From an uncultured Anaerobiospirillum sp. (lineage in GTDB: Bacteria; Pseudomonadota; Gammaproteobacteria; Enterobacterales; Succinivibrionaceae), in assembly GCA_944392765.1 (NCBI GenBank), contig CALXXU010000004.1:1-64000 (forward strand): 64,000 nucleotides of DNA, in the 5' to 3' direction. Shown here piece by piece: positions 26,830 to 37,250 of the stretch (the first letter of the stretch is position 1; each line of letters starts with the position of its first letter). Position numbers and translations under genes: made by a program. A model generated the notes under the pieces. That model ran no database searches. It worked only from the letters and a program-made list of their open reading frames with translations, and had not been told where the DNA came from.

Positions 26830-28554
26830 ATGCGCACAAGTCGTTACTTGCTCTCAACGTTAAAAGAGAATCCAGTTGAGGCCGTGGTCGATAGCCACCG
26901 CCTGATGTTACGTGCCGGCCTGATCCGTCAGGTCGCCTCCGGTATCTACAACTGGTTGCCCACCGGCCTTAGAGTGCTGCACAAGGTCGAGGCCATTGTG
27001 CGCGAGGAAATGAATAAGAAGGGCGCCATCGAGATCTCGATGCCTGTAGTGCAACCGGCCGATTTATGGCGTGAGTCCGGCCGCTACGTCAAGTACGGCC
27101 CAGAGCTGTGCCGCCTCAAGGACCGCAAGGAGAATGAGTTCGTCTTAGGTCCAACCCACGAAGAGGTGATCACCGCCTTATGCCGCAACGAGATTAAGTC
27201 CGCCCGTCAGCTGCCACTTAACCTCTACCAAATCCAGACCAAGTTCCGCGACGAGATGCGCCCACGCTTTGGTGTGATGCGCGGCCGTGAGTTCATTATG
27301 AAGGACGCCTACTCCTTCCATATTGACCACGAGAGCTTAGAGCAGACCTATCAGGATATGTATGACGCTTACAGCGCCATCTTCACCCGCTTAGGCCTGA
27401 CCTTCCGCGCGGTCGAGGCCGACACCGGCAGTATCGGTGGTAACCACTCCCATGAGTTCCAGGTCTTAGCTGAGGCCGGTGAAGACACCATCGCTTACTC
27501 CGATGAGTCGAACTACGCGGCCAACATCGAAATGGCTGAGGCCTTAGCCCCGACCGAGCAGCGCGGTGAGCCAGGCGAGCCTTACAGCAAGGCCCCAACC
27601 CCAGGCTGCCACACCGTCGATGAGGCCGCTGCGGCCCTCAAGATGGACGCGAACAACGTCTTAAAGAGCTTAGTCGTTCGTGGTGAGCCTAAGGAAGACG
27701 GCTCCTGCGAGCTCATCATGCTGTGCCTGCGCGGTAACCAAGAGTTAAACGAGGTTAAGGCAGGTAAGATTGAAGGTATCTCCAACCCAGTTGAGTTTGC
27801 CTCCGACGAGGAAATCTCCGCCTTAATGGGTGCGCACCCAGGCTCATTAGGTCCAGTCGGCTTTAAGGGTCGCATCATCTTCGATCGCAACGCCAATGTC
27901 ATGAGCAACTTTGCCTGTGGCGCCAACGAAGACGGTTACCACTTAATCAACGTCAACTTAGATCGCGATATCCCAACCTACGAAGTCGCCGACTTACGCA
28001 ATGTTGAGGAAGGCGATCCCAGCCCAGATGGCAAGGGCCACATTAAGCTGCGTAAGGGCATTGAGGTCGGCCAGGTCTTTATGCTCGGTACTAAGTACTC
28101 GCAGGCGATGGGCGCCACCGTCACCGACAGCAAGGGTCAGAACATCCCAATGGAGATGGGCTGCTACGGTATCGGTGTCACCCGCGTTATCGCCGCTGCT
28201 ATCGAGCAGCACCACGACGACAAGGGCATTGTCTGGCCTGATTCCATGGCTCCGTTCATGGTCGGCATCGTCGCTATTGGCTTAGGCAAGAGCGAGGAAG
28301 TCAAGGCCGAGGCTGAGAAGCTCTACCAAGAGCTCGAGGACTTAGGCGTTGAGGTACTCTACGATGATCGCGACGAGCGTGCTGGTGTCATGTTCTCGGA
28401 CATGGAGTTAATCGGCATTCCACACGTCATCACCGTCGGTGCTAAGGCCTTAGCTAACGGCCAGCTCGAGTACAAGAACCGCCGTACCGGTGAGCGCGAG
28501 TTCATCGCCAAGGATCAAGTCTTAGCTGCGTTAAAGCAAAAGTTAGGGTTCTAA
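26830..28554 (+). CDS. proS: prolyl-tRNA synthetase (bacterial type with editing insertion)
   Basis: [15 protein letters not shown]...[31 protein letters not shown], and GCYGIGVTR. 574 aa. Confidence 0.93.
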   Translation: MRTSRYLLSTLKENPVEAVVDSHRLMLRAGLIRQVASGIYNWLPTGLRVLHKVEAIVREEMNKKGAIEISMPVVQPADLWRESGRYVKYGPELCRLKDRKENEFVLGPTHEEVITALCRNEIKSARQLPLNLYQIQTKFRDEMRPRFGVMRGREFIMKDAYSFHIDHESLEQTYQDMYDAYSAIFTRLGLTFRAVEADTGSIGGNHSHEFQVLAEAGEDTIAYSDESNYAANIEMAEALAPTEQRGEPGEPYSKAPTPGCHTVDEAAAALKMDANNVLKSLVVRGEPKEDGSCELIMLCLRGNQELNEVKAGKIEGISNPVEFASDEEISALMGAHPGSLGPVGFKGRIIFDRNANVMSNFACGANEDGYHLINVNLDRDIPTYEVADLRNVEEGDPSPDGKGHIKLRKGIEVGQVFMLGTKYSQAMGATVTDSKGQNIPMEMGCYGIGVTRVIAAAIEQHHDDKGIVWPDSMAPFMVGIVAIGLGKSEEVKAEAEKLYQELEDLGVEVLYDDRDERAGVMFSDMELIGIPHVITVGAKALANGQLEYKNRRTGEREFIAKDQVLAALKQKLGF

Positions 28555-28579
28555 GACTAAATAGCAGTCCCCGTACTGC

Positions 28580-28618
28580 AAGCCCCCGCCTGCCCCGCAG
28601 CGCGGGGGCTTTTGTTTT
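28580..28618 (+). terminator. rho-independent terminator after proS
   Basis: Hairpin agcccccgc-N12-gcgggggct followed by tttgtttt. Confidence 0.65.
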
Positions 28619-29511
28619 GAGAGCCCAGCCCAGCCCCACTGCACACCGGCCGCTGGCCCATGCCCCTACCATCACGCACTGCGCCCTACCGCCCTCAGCC
28701 GCATACGGTGCGTCCCGCCGTCCTTCTGCCCCGACTTCACCCCCGCGCCCCTGACAGCGCATAGAGCACGCGCGCCCTCCTAGCGCCAAGCACACGCGCT
28801 CTCAGGCATCACGGCGTAAGCCGATCACGTCTATGGACATGCCAACCACGCGCCCGAGCGCAGCACGGCTGCGGCCACGTGCGCCAGTCAGCCGCCTAAG
28901 TTCTGCGCCGCTGCAACTCAGGGCGCTCTGGTGTGACTGAGCAGGGTAGATCCACCCTCAGAGCAGCAAAGATAGTGCGCTGACAGCGCAGTTATGAGGG
29001 CCGCGCCCCTAGCTCAGACCAATTTAGGTCTTGACAAGTAAGGCACGGTGGTTAAGACGGTTTGAAGCGCGCCATGTGCTTCCAAAATGCATTTTTTGTG
29101 TGAAGGTTCACATCGATCTTGTTCACACTTTTAATGTAACTAAGTAACATTAAAAAAAGATGATATTTATCGAATTTATGTCCAGAAAAATGGGGTGACA
29201 GCCCCGTCTGAGCCCGGTTAAAACCATGCTAAAAAAGTGCTTTTCATGTTACACGGTTAGCAAGGGTTAACCGCTCTTGTGTTCATCCGTGCGCAACCTT
29301 CGTGCCTTTACGGCAAAAGCACAGCTTAGGTTAAACTTTTCCCCACACTCGACCCAGCAGCCCCCCAACCTGCACGCTCAAGCCATATTTCATCAGGATT
29401 TTGCGCTCTAGTGACTTTTATTAGCAATTGAGCGTAATACGCACGCAAGTGTGGTGATTTGCGCCTCACCTTCCGCAAATGACACACTCAAAAGGGGGTT
29501 AACTGGCATAG

Positions 29512-29527
29512 TGTGAGCACACTCACA
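29512..29527 (+). promoter_or_regulatory. candidate CRP-binding site upstream of mglB
   Basis: TGTGA-gcacac-TCACA has perfect consensus half-sites with the canonical 6-nt spacer, ~295 nt upstream of the mglB ATG. Confidence 0.4.
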
Positions 29528-29546
29528 AAGTTAGCACAAAGTTCAA

Positions 29547-29560
29547 TGTAAACGTTACCA
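29547..29560 (+). promoter_or_regulatory. candidate GalR/GalS (LacI-family) operator
   Basis: tgtaaacgttacca is a near-palindrome around a central CG. It resembles the TGTAAnCGnTTACA LacI-family consensus (recalled) and lies 20 nt downstream of the CRP-like site. Confidence 0.3.
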
Positions 29561-29821
29561 CAAAAAGTCGTGAAAATTTGTAACATTGGCTTACGAATGC
29601 GGGTTTGCGCAGCATCTTGACTAAGAAGTAAGCGTAATCATATGGGATCACGTCTAATTTTTTCTAAGCTAAAACATGATGCGTTTCTCATTTTTTGCCC
29701 CGACAACTCTCTATCATGTGCGTGTCCTGAGGTTGCGCCCGAGGTAGCATCTATCGCTACCACCCAAAGAGTCTAGGGGGCCAAACCTTAAGGCTGATTC
29801 ACTGTAGAGGGTTACTAATCT

Positions 29822-30850
29822 ATGAAGAAGTCACTGATTGCTGTTGCTGCTGCCGCTTTATTTGCAACCGCTGCTGCTGGCACCGCTCAGGCAAGCGATG
29901 TTCTGATCGGTTCTTGCATTTACAAGTTCGACGATACTTTCATGACTGGCGTTCGCAACAACATGCAAAAGGCCGCTGAAAGCTTAGGCGCTGAGATCGA
30001 GCTCGTAGACTCGCAAAACCGTCAGCCAATGCAGAACGACCAAGTTGATACCTTCATCACCAAGGGTGTTAACGCCTTAATCATCAACCCAGTAGACCGT
30101 TCGGCCGCTGGTCCTTTAGCTGACAAGGCCAAGGCTGCTGACTTACCAATCGTCTTCATCAACCGTGAGCCAGACAAGGCAGTGTTAGACGGCTGGGATA
30201 AGGCCTACTACGTTGGCGCTAAGGCTGAGGAGTCGGGCACCATCGGCGGTCAGTTAATTGCTGAGTACTTCAAGGCTCACCCAGAGGCTGATAAGAACAA
30301 GGACGGCAAGCTCCAGTACATCTTAATCAAGGGCGAGCAAGGCCACCAGGACGCTACCTTACGTTCTGAGTACTGCGTCAAGGCTATGAAGGACGCTGGC
30401 TTAGACATCGTTGAGGTTGGTGCTGACAACGCTAACTGGGATAAGGTTCAAGGCCACGACAAGATGAAGAATTTCATCACCTCCTTAGGTATTGATGGCA
30501 TTGAGGCCGTTTTAGCTAACAACGACGACATGGCTTTAGGTGCAGTTGAGGCCTTAAAGTCTGAGGGCTACAACTTAGGTACCGATGGCAAGGATCCTTC
30601 CAAGTTCATCCCAGTTGTTGGTGTTGACGCTACCGCTCCAGCTCTGCAAGCCATTTCCAAGGGCCAGATGTTAGGTACTTCCTTAAACGACGCTGTTAAC
30701 CAGGGTACCGCTGCTGTTCGCATTGCTAACCAAGTAGCAAGCGGTGGTGAGGTTAACGAGCAGAGCATCGGCTACAAGATCACCGATGGCAAGTACGTCT
30801 GGATTCCATACGTTCGCGTAACCCAAGAGAACTACAAGGACTTCATGTAA
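29822..30850 (+). CDS. mglB: periplasmic D-galactose/D-glucose-binding protein
   Basis: Signal peptide ending AQA. IGSCIYKFDDTFMTGVRNNM...DSQNRQPMQNDQVDTFITKGVNALIINPVD...PIVFINREP parallels E. coli MglB (recalled). Confidence 0.85.
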   Translation: MKKSLIAVAAAALFATAAAGTAQASDVLIGSCIYKFDDTFMTGVRNNMQKAAESLGAEIELVDSQNRQPMQNDQVDTFITKGVNALIINPVDRSAAGPLADKAKAADLPIVFINREPDKAVLDGWDKAYYVGAKAEESGTIGGQLIAEYFKAHPEADKNKDGKLQYILIKGEQGHQDATLRSEYCVKAMKDAGLDIVEVGADNANWDKVQGHDKMKNFITSLGIDGIEAVLANNDDMALGAVEALKSEGYNLGTDGKDPSKFIPVVGVDATAPALQAISKGQMLGTSLNDAVNQGTAAVRIANQVASGGEVNEQSIGYKITDGKYVWIPYVRVTQENYKDFM

Positions 30851-31494
30851 TAGTTCTCTGTTGAGCTGAAAGCTAAAGCCGCAAAAGAAGGCAGCGCCTC
30901 TCTTGCGGCACCGCCCAGAAGACGCCCTAAGCAAGAGCACAGCTCGGCTGTCTTGCCGCACCGGCGGCCGACTGGGCGGTTTTTTCAGTTTTCAGCCCCG
31001 CCCCACCACGCCCTCAGGCCACTCCCCAAGAAAATCAGCTCATAAAAAGAGAACTCTAAGAGCCCGTCCTGAGCGCACGGTGGGTCGTTGGGGACTGAGC
31101 CTTGAGATGCGCTGCAAGTTGCAGTTCATCTCAGGGCTCAGTCTACGTCCAAAGCGTAAAGCACCTAGTGCCCCCTAACTGGCAAGCTTAAGGGGCGCTC
31201 GGTTTGAGCCCTGATGCCGCAGGCATCACAAGCTCTTACAGTGGAAACTTAGTGCTGCTGCAAACCTTTTAGGGCGCGCAGCGGCACTATCAGCGCTCAG
31301 CGGCACTATCAGCGCTCAGCTCCATGCCCGCTCACACAGCTACCCAGCTCACCAAGCTCACAGCTTACTGAGAACCAGCTCACCTAGCTACCAGCTTACG
31401 AGCAGCCTAGCTCCCTGAGCCTCACACCGCGCTTAAAGGCCAACCTCCTTTACCAACCACTGTCCCGCTTTACGCAGTTGCGAGGATCAAATTC

Positions 31495-33003
31495 ATGAGT
31501 CAGTACATCCTTGAGATGAACGATATCGTGAAGCGCTTCCCTGGTGTATTGGCACTTGACCACGCCAATCTAAAGGTAAGACCAGGCACTGTGCACGCCT
31601 TAATGGGTGAGAACGGCGCCGGTAAATCAACGCTCATGAAATGTCTGTTTGGTCTGTATCACCCAGATGAGGGTGAGATCTTATTTAATGGCAAGTCCAT
31701 TAATGACATTCCAAACACCAAGACGGCTCTTGCCATGGGTATTTCCATGATTCACCAAGAGCTGCACCCAATCCGCTTCCGCTCGGTCATGGAAAATGTG
31801 TGGATTGGTCGCTTCCCAAAGAAGTACGGTTTTGTTGACCATCAGGCCATGTACGACAAGACCATTGCTCTGTTCAAGAGCATTGGCCTCGACGTCGACC
31901 CGAAGGAATTAGCAGGCCGCGTCTCTGCCTCCAAGCTCCAGCTGGTAGAAATCGCCCGCGCCATTTCCTATGACGCTAAGATCATCATCATGGACGAGCC
32001 AACCTCTTCGTTAACTGAGAACGAGGTTGAGTATCTGTTCAAGATCATCAACAAGCTGCGTGACGAAGGCCGTTCGATCATCTACATCTCCCACAAGATG
32101 GAAGAGATCTTAAAGATCTCCGATGATGTCACCATTATGCGTGACGGTAAGTACATCGGTACTTATGCCGCTAAGGACATTGACCAAGACTTCATCATCA
32201 AGAAGATGGTGGGCCGTGATATGTCCAACCGCTTCCCACCACGCACTGATGCTCCAGCCCCTCAAGAGGAAGTCGTCCTCGAGGTTAAGGACTTCACCGC
32301 TGCTAACCCACGCTCGTTCAAGGACGTTAACTTCCAGTTACACCGTGGCGAGATCTTAGGTATCGGTGGTCTGGTTGGTGCCCAGCGTACTGAGCTTGTT
32401 GAGACTATCTTCGGCCTGCGCGCCTTAGATCACGGCACGATCTACAAGAACGGCAAGGAGATCAAGGTAAACTCGGTGCGCGATGCTAAGCGCAACGGTA
32501 TTGCTCTGTTAACCGAAGAGCGCCGTCAAAACGGTATCTTTGGCATCTTGTCGATCTTAGATAACACGGTTATCGCTGCCCAAAAGAGCTTCGCTCACAT
32601 GGGTGTTTTGGACACCGCCAAGCGTGCCCCGGCTGCCGAGCAAGCTTGTAAAGAGCTCAAAGTAAAAACGCCAAACCTGCAGGTTCCAATCAAGAACCTC
32701 TCTGGTGGTAACCAACAGAAGGTGTTAATTGCCCGCTGGCTTTTGACCAATTCGGACATCATCATCTTCGACGAGCCAACCCGTGGTATCGACGTTGGTG
32801 CCAAGTACGAAATCTATACCTTAATGCTTGATCAGCTGAAGCAAGGCAAGTCCATCATCATGATTTCCTCGGAAATGCCAGAACTTATGGGTATGTCCGA
32901 CCGCATCATGGTTATGTGCGAAGGTCACGTCACCGGCTTTGTGGACAAGCAGAACTTTGACCAGGTCGAGATTATGCGCCTGGCTTCCAGCTTTAAGAAG
33001 TAG
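31495..33003 (+). CDS. mglA: sugar ABC transporter ATP-binding protein (duplicated ABC domains)
   Basis: GENGAGKST (Walker A), LSGGNQQKV (signature) and IIIFDEPTRGIDV. 502 aa with two-domain architecture. Confidence 0.88.
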   Translation: MSQYILEMNDIVKRFPGVLALDHANLKVRPGTVHALMGENGAGKSTLMKCLFGLYHPDEGEILFNGKSINDIPNTKTALAMGISMIHQELHPIRFRSVMENVWIGRFPKKYGFVDHQAMYDKTIALFKSIGLDVDPKELAGRVSASKLQLVEIARAISYDAKIIIMDEPTSSLTENEVEYLFKIINKLRDEGRSIIYISHKMEEILKISDDVTIMRDGKYIGTYAAKDIDQDFIIKKMVGRDMSNRFPPRTDAPAPQEEVVLEVKDFTAANPRSFKDVNFQLHRGEILGIGGLVGAQRTELVETIFGLRALDHGTIYKNGKEIKVNSVRDAKRNGIALLTEERRQNGIFGILSILDNTVIAAQKSFAHMGVLDTAKRAPAAEQACKELKVKTPNLQVPIKNLSGGNQQKVLIARWLLTNSDIIIFDEPTRGIDVGAKYEIYTLMLDQLKQGKSIIMISSEMPELMGMSDRIMVMCEGHVTGFVDKQNFDQVEIMRLASSFKK

Positions 33004-33014
33004 AAGAGGTTTGT

Positions 33015-34235
33015 ATGGCTAACACCATTTCCCAACAATCCTACTACAAGGCTCTGACGGGCTTAGGCGCTGGCGTAATTGTATTAGGCGCCATCCTATA
33101 CTTCGTCGCCATCAAGACCTTGTACGATTTGCCTGTCATCATGATGTTGGTAGGCTTATGGATGACACTCCAAAACGGTTATCGCTACACCCATCCACGT
33201 CCAGGTGCCCGCGATATCGTTTTAAATGCCAAGACGCTCAACAACGTCCTGACCAATTACGCGATCATCATCGCGATGGTGGTCTTAGTTTTGATCATTT
33301 GTATCCTGCAACCGCGCTTCATGCAGATTCGCGTGGTCTTGGATATTATGACCCAGTCGTCAACTAAGCTCATCATTGCCTTAGGTATCTGCTTTACCCT
33401 GATTATCGCAGGCTGCGACCTGTCCGCTGGTCGTATTGTGGGCTTAGCCGCCGTTATCTCCACCTCGATGCTGCAAACGGCCGACTACGCTAACCGTTTC
33501 TACCCAGATCTGGCTCAACTGCCACTGTTCATCCCGATCATTATTGCGATCGCGATCTGCATGCTGTTTGGTGCCCTAAACGGCTTCCTAGTAGCGCAGT
33601 ACGAGATGCACCCGTTCATTGCAACCTTGGCCACCTCGGTTATCGTTTACGGTTCGTGCTCGCTGTACTTCGACTTACCACCTAACAACTCGCAGCCAAT
33701 CGGTGGTGTCCGTCCAGACTTTGCTGCCTTAGGTCAGACCAAATTCTTCCAGGGCGGCGGCTTCCCAGGCATCTCGATTCTGATTCCTATTGCCGCAGTT
33801 GTCACCGTAGCCATCTGGTTCGTCCTCAACAAGACCGTCTTTGGTAAGAACGTTTATGCCTTAGGTGGTAACCGTGAGGCTGCCGTGGTCGCCGGTGTTA
33901 ACGTCTACGCAACCAACCTCTTCATCTTCGTTTTAGCCGCTGGTCTCTATGGCTTAGCTGGTGTGTTAGAAGCTGCACGTACCGCTGGTGCAACCAACCA
34001 ATACGGTATGGGCTATGAGCTGGACGCTATCGCCGCGTGCGTGGTTGGTGGTGTATCGCTGATGGGTGGTATTGCAACCGTCTCAGGCATCATCGCTGGT
34101 GTCTTCGTCTTCACCATTATCACCTACGGCTTACAGTTCATCTCGGTATCGCCAATGTGGCAGCAGGTCATCAAGGGCATCATTATTGCCACCGCTGTTG
34201 CTATTGATATGGGCAAGTACCGCAAGAAGAACTAA
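33015..34235 (+). CDS. mglC: sugar ABC transporter permease (MglC/RbsC family) with an N-terminal extension
   Basis: 406-aa polytopic ORF directly downstream of mglA, with family motifs DLSAGRIVGL and YALGGNREAA. Confidence 0.8.
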   Translation: MANTISQQSYYKALTGLGAGVIVLGAILYFVAIKTLYDLPVIMMLVGLWMTLQNGYRYTHPRPGARDIVLNAKTLNNVLTNYAIIIAMVVLVLIICILQPRFMQIRVVLDIMTQSSTKLIIALGICFTLIIAGCDLSAGRIVGLAAVISTSMLQTADYANRFYPDLAQLPLFIPIIIAIAICMLFGALNGFLVAQYEMHPFIATLATSVIVYGSCSLYFDLPPNNSQPIGGVRPDFAALGQTKFFQGGGFPGISILIPIAAVVTVAIWFVLNKTVFGKNVYALGGNREAAVVAGVNVYATNLFIFVLAAGLYGLAGVLEAARTAGATNQYGMGYELDAIAACVVGGVSLMGGIATVSGIIAGVFVFTIITYGLQFISVSPMWQQVIKGIIIATAVAIDMGKYRKKN

Positions 34236-34289
34236 TCCCAAACCAACAAAAAAAAAAGAAACAAAAAGCTCTGGGCCCCGGCCCAGGGC

Positions 34290-34321
34290 GCCCTTGGCCC
34301 CTTCGGGGCCAAGGGCTTTAT
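34290..34321 (+). terminator. rho-independent terminator after mglC
   Basis: gcccttggcccc-ttcg-gggccaagggc followed by tttat. Confidence 0.6.
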
Positions 34322-34459
34322 GGCACCTAAAAAGCCAAGGCTCGCCCCGCGCGGGCCGCGCGCTGCTCCCGCAACGCACAGCGCACTTCACGCTCCCAGC
34401 GCCATATGCGCTAAGCGCGCACGCAGAGCGCGGCAGAGCTTTCCTAGACCGGGCTTGGC

Positions 34460-34590
34460 CCGACCGCGATGTCCTAAACAGCGTGTCCTAGACAGCGTGT
34501 CCTAGACAGCGCTTTGCCGGACAGTGATTTCCTAGACAACGATTTCCTGGACAGCGATTTCCTGGACAGCGATTTCCTGGACAGCGATTT
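34460..34590. repeat. 15-bp tandem repeat, ~9 copies (ttcctggacagcgat and variants)
   Basis: The run reads gtcctaaacagcgt / gtcctagacagcgt / gtcctagacagcgct / ttgccggacagtgat / ttcctagacaacgat / ttcctggacagcgat x3 / ttccttggcaccaag. Confidence 0.9.
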
Positions 34591-34903
34591 CCTTGGCACC
34601 AAGGGTGCTGTTTTTGCTAAGATCCCAAAAAACCTTGTCTCAAGGCACCACACCATGCATGTGATGCCCTAGGGGCGTACCTTCGGGCACGCCCTTTTTA
34701 ATGCCCGCAATCTAGGAAAGCGCACCAAATCGGTTCAAGACAACTGACTAAAACCAAGCGGTGCACCAATAAAAATCAGCGCCCGAGTGTACCCCACAGC
34801 GGTGCTAAAATCGCCCTATTTCCTAATAAACACGGGCCCGCGCCGCAGCGACGCCCTATTGCCAGCGCTCTTGCAGCGCCAATAAACCAAGGATTTGTGA
34901 TTG

Positions 34904-35722
34904 ATGAAGAAGTTACTGTCTGCCTTAGTCTTAGGCGCAGGTTTATGCGCTGCCCTGAGCTCGACCACTTTTGCTCAGACCTTACGCGTGGGCACTCACC
35001 CAACCTTTGCTCCATTTGAGTTTGTTGACAGCGAAGGCACGCCAATTGGCTTTGACCTCGACGTCATCAACGCCATTGCCAAGGTTAATGGTGATGAGAT
35101 TCAAATTGAGTCGATGCCATTTGACGGCTTAATCCCATCGATTTTGACCGGCAACCTCGACCTCATTATTTCGGGCATGACGATCACCGACGAGCGCAAG
35201 AAGCGCGTCGACTTCTCCAAGGGCTACTACAACTCCAAGCTCTCGATCATTATCAAGAAGGATAAGGCCCAAGAGTACACCAGCGCTGAGTCCTTAAAGG
35301 GCAAGACTATTTGCGTCCAGATTGGCACCACTGGCCACGCCTTTGCCGACAAGATTAGCCCAGATAACGTCAAGGCCTTAAACAACGAGCCTGATGCCAT
35401 CTTAGAGCTGACCAATGGTGGCTGCGAGGCCGTGATCAACGACCGCCCAGTTAACCTCTACTACCTGCAAAAGGCCAACTTAGACACCTTAATCGACTTT
35501 GTTGACCCACAGTTTGAGAAGCAGGCTGACGTCTACGGCATTGCCATGCGCAAGGGCAACGAGGAGCTGTTAAACAAGATCAACTCGGGCTTAGATAAGA
35601 TCACCGCCTCCGGCGAGCTCGACGCCATTCACTTAAAGTGGTTTGGCCAGGACACCAAGGGCCGCACCGCCGAGCAAATCGCCGCTGAAAAGGCTCAAGC
35701 CGAAGCCCCTGCCGCCGAGTAA
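34904..35722 (+). CDS. amino-acid ABC transporter substrate-binding protein (family 3), orphan
   Basis: Signal peptide, then LRVGTHPTFAPFEF...G..IGFDLD...DLIISGMTIT.ERKK.VDFS.GYY. No adjacent permease or ATPase gene. Confidence 0.8.
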   Translation: MKKLLSALVLGAGLCAALSSTTFAQTLRVGTHPTFAPFEFVDSEGTPIGFDLDVINAIAKVNGDEIQIESMPFDGLIPSILTGNLDLIISGMTITDERKKRVDFSKGYYNSKLSIIIKKDKAQEYTSAESLKGKTICVQIGTTGHAFADKISPDNVKALNNEPDAILELTNGGCEAVINDRPVNLYYLQKANLDTLIDFVDPQFEKQADVYGIAMRKGNEELLNKINSGLDKITASGELDAIHLKWFGQDTKGRTAEQIAAEKAQAEAPAAE

Positions 35723-35773
35723 AAAAAAAGAGTTCACAGCAGGGCAAGCCTGCTTAAATAAAGTCTTGAAACC

Positions 35774-35800
35774 AAGGCCAACCTCACGGTTGGCCTTTTT
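35774..35800 (+). terminator. rho-independent terminator after the binding-protein gene
   Basis: aaggccaacc-tcac-ggttggcctt followed by ttt. Confidence 0.65.
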
Positions 35801-35890
35801 GCGCCTTGCTGAACCCCGCAGCCCCAAGGCCCGCGCGCCCTGCGGCAACCTGTCACTCGCAGAATGCTAGGCAAAGAAGGTGACAGCTAG

Positions 35891-35926
35891 GCGCTAAAAA
35901 GGCACCACCGAGGGTGCCTTTAGCGC
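35891..35926 (-). terminator. terminator for minus-strand gene 35943..36230
   Basis: On the minus strand: gcgctaaaggcacc-ctcggt-ggtgcctttttagcgc. Confidence 0.5.
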
Positions 35927-35942
35927 GAGCTTCACTGGCGTT

Positions 35943-36230
35943 TTAGTCCATGTGCAGCAGCTTCTTAATCTCAGGGTGCCATTGTAAAGCTATATCGTGA
36001 AAATGACTAAACTCAGGGTCATTCCATTGAATCATTAAGGATTTACTGAAATCGTCGAGATCAACCCAAACAAAGTTTGGTCCACCTTGGTAGCTCGTGA
36101 AGTAGTCGATCAATGGGATATCCGAAACCCGATAAACCGGACGCCCTTTCCAGTCGCCGACGTACTCTAAGAGCTCGCAGTTCTTAAAGCGCTCTCTGAG
36201 CTTCTTGGTGATTTCCAAATTCTCGGGCAT
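35943..36230 (-). CDS. hypothetical protein (95 aa)
   Basis: ATG 36230 is preceded by aaggag (residue 29 of the track ORF). No family recognised. Confidence 0.5.
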   Translation of the reverse strand: MPENLEITKKLRERFKNCELLEYVGDWKGRPVYRVSDIPLIDYFTSYQGGPNFVWVDLDDFSKSLMIQWNDPEFSHFHDIALQWHPEIKKLLHMD

Positions 36231-36397
36231 TGCTTGCTCCTTGCCTCTAAGGCTGTAAGCTTGAAGGCTCATTAGACGCAGCCGCAACTGCGCCCAATAA
36301 GCAGGCCGGAGCATAGTCTGCGCCTAAGCGCTCAGGGCTAATGCGCCAGCCACATTAGCCCAAGAAAAGCCACGCTGATGCAGCCACCAGCAAGCTC

Positions 36398-36832
36398 TCA
36401 ATCACGGTGTTTCTCTAAGGGCGCACGGTCAGCAGGTCGCTGCGCTGTCTGAGAGTGCTGAGCTTCTTGCGCCTCAAGCTGCGCCGCCTTGCGCTCAGCT
36501 TCGATCTGACGCTTAAGTGCAGCTTCGTACTCCTCAATTGCCTCCGCATACCGGAGCTCTGCTACAGCCTGCTCCCGCAAGGCTTGCACATACCTGTGCT
36601 CCGCTTGCACTTGCTCAAGCAAGGCTTGCGCGTACTGGTGCTCAGCTTCCTCCAGCTCATGCACGGCCTGCGCGTACTCGCGCTCCGCTGCGGCTTGCTG
36701 ACGCAAACCCCAGATGAGCTTAAGGTTAGCCCAGTAGCTCTTGCTTTGAGCTACAGCGTATTTGCCTACGGCCAGCCAGTGCTTGCCCAGCAAGCTCAAA
36801 TACTTCAGTTCGGCCAGGATAAGCTTGTGCAT
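36398..36832 (-). CDS. hypothetical coiled-coil protein with internal AE(H/R)(Q/R)Y(A/V)QAL repeats
   Basis: 144-aa ORF with an amphipathic N-terminus, then repeated EYAQAVHELEEAEHQYAQALLEQVQAEHRYVQALREQAVAELRYAEAIEEYEAAL. Confidence 0.5.
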   Translation of the reverse strand: MHKLILAELKYLSLLGKHWLAVGKYAVAQSKSYWANLKLIWGLRQQAAAEREYAQAVHELEEAEHQYAQALLEQVQAEHRYVQALREQAVAELRYAEAIEEYEAALKRQIEAERKAAQLEAQEAQHSQTAQRPADRAPLEKHRD

Positions 36833-36885
36833 GCACTATCCTCTTTTTGTTTGGCTCGGCACACATAGCGGCAGTGATCTGCCCA

Positions 36886-37020
36886 CTAGAAAAGCCGAGC
36901 ATTGCTGACCACCACCATACCGGCGCAAAGGTCAAATGTTTTGAGCGGGTATTTTAAGGGGGTGCGGCAAAAGATGGGATACACTTGACTTCGTGGAACG
37001 CAACTATTGACTTTAGTCAC
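36886..37020. repeat. ~130-bp dispersed repeat, copy A
   Basis: aaaagccgagcattgctgaccaccaccataccggcgcaaaggtcaaatgttttgagcgggtattttaagggggtg... is similar to 37118..37250. Its 5' part also recurs at 38661..38700. Confidence 0.75.
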
Positions 37021-37117
37021 GGTCACATCCTTCCCAACCAGTGACCCACGACCACAGTCCAATGTTTCTTCCACCACTTAGACAGCTCATCGGTAACAAG
37101 CCAATGGCGCTGTAAGC

Positions 37118-37250
37118 GCAACAGTACATGACCAACCACCACCATCCCGGCGCATTGGTCAAATGTTTTGAACGGGTATTTTAAGGGGGTGAAGAGGAAA
37201 TTGGGGTAAACTGAATTGCGTTGGGCGGCAACGATTGACATAAGTTTCCA
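37118..37250. repeat. ~130-bp dispersed repeat, copy B
   Basis: ...tgaccaaccaccaccatcccggcgcattggtcaaatgttttgaacgggtattttaagggggtg... Confidence 0.75.

Noticed and set aside
29098-29111. Palindrome TGTGAA-GG-TTCACA as a CRP site
   Set aside because: The half-sites match but the spacing is 4 nt rather than 6. It is also ~720 nt upstream of mglB. The properly spaced site at 29512-29527 is the better candidate.
34474-34656. 60-aa minus-strand ORF (…RKSLSRKSLSRKSLS…)
   Set aside because: It is a pure translation of the 15-bp tandem repeat, which keeps the frame open. There is no start context.
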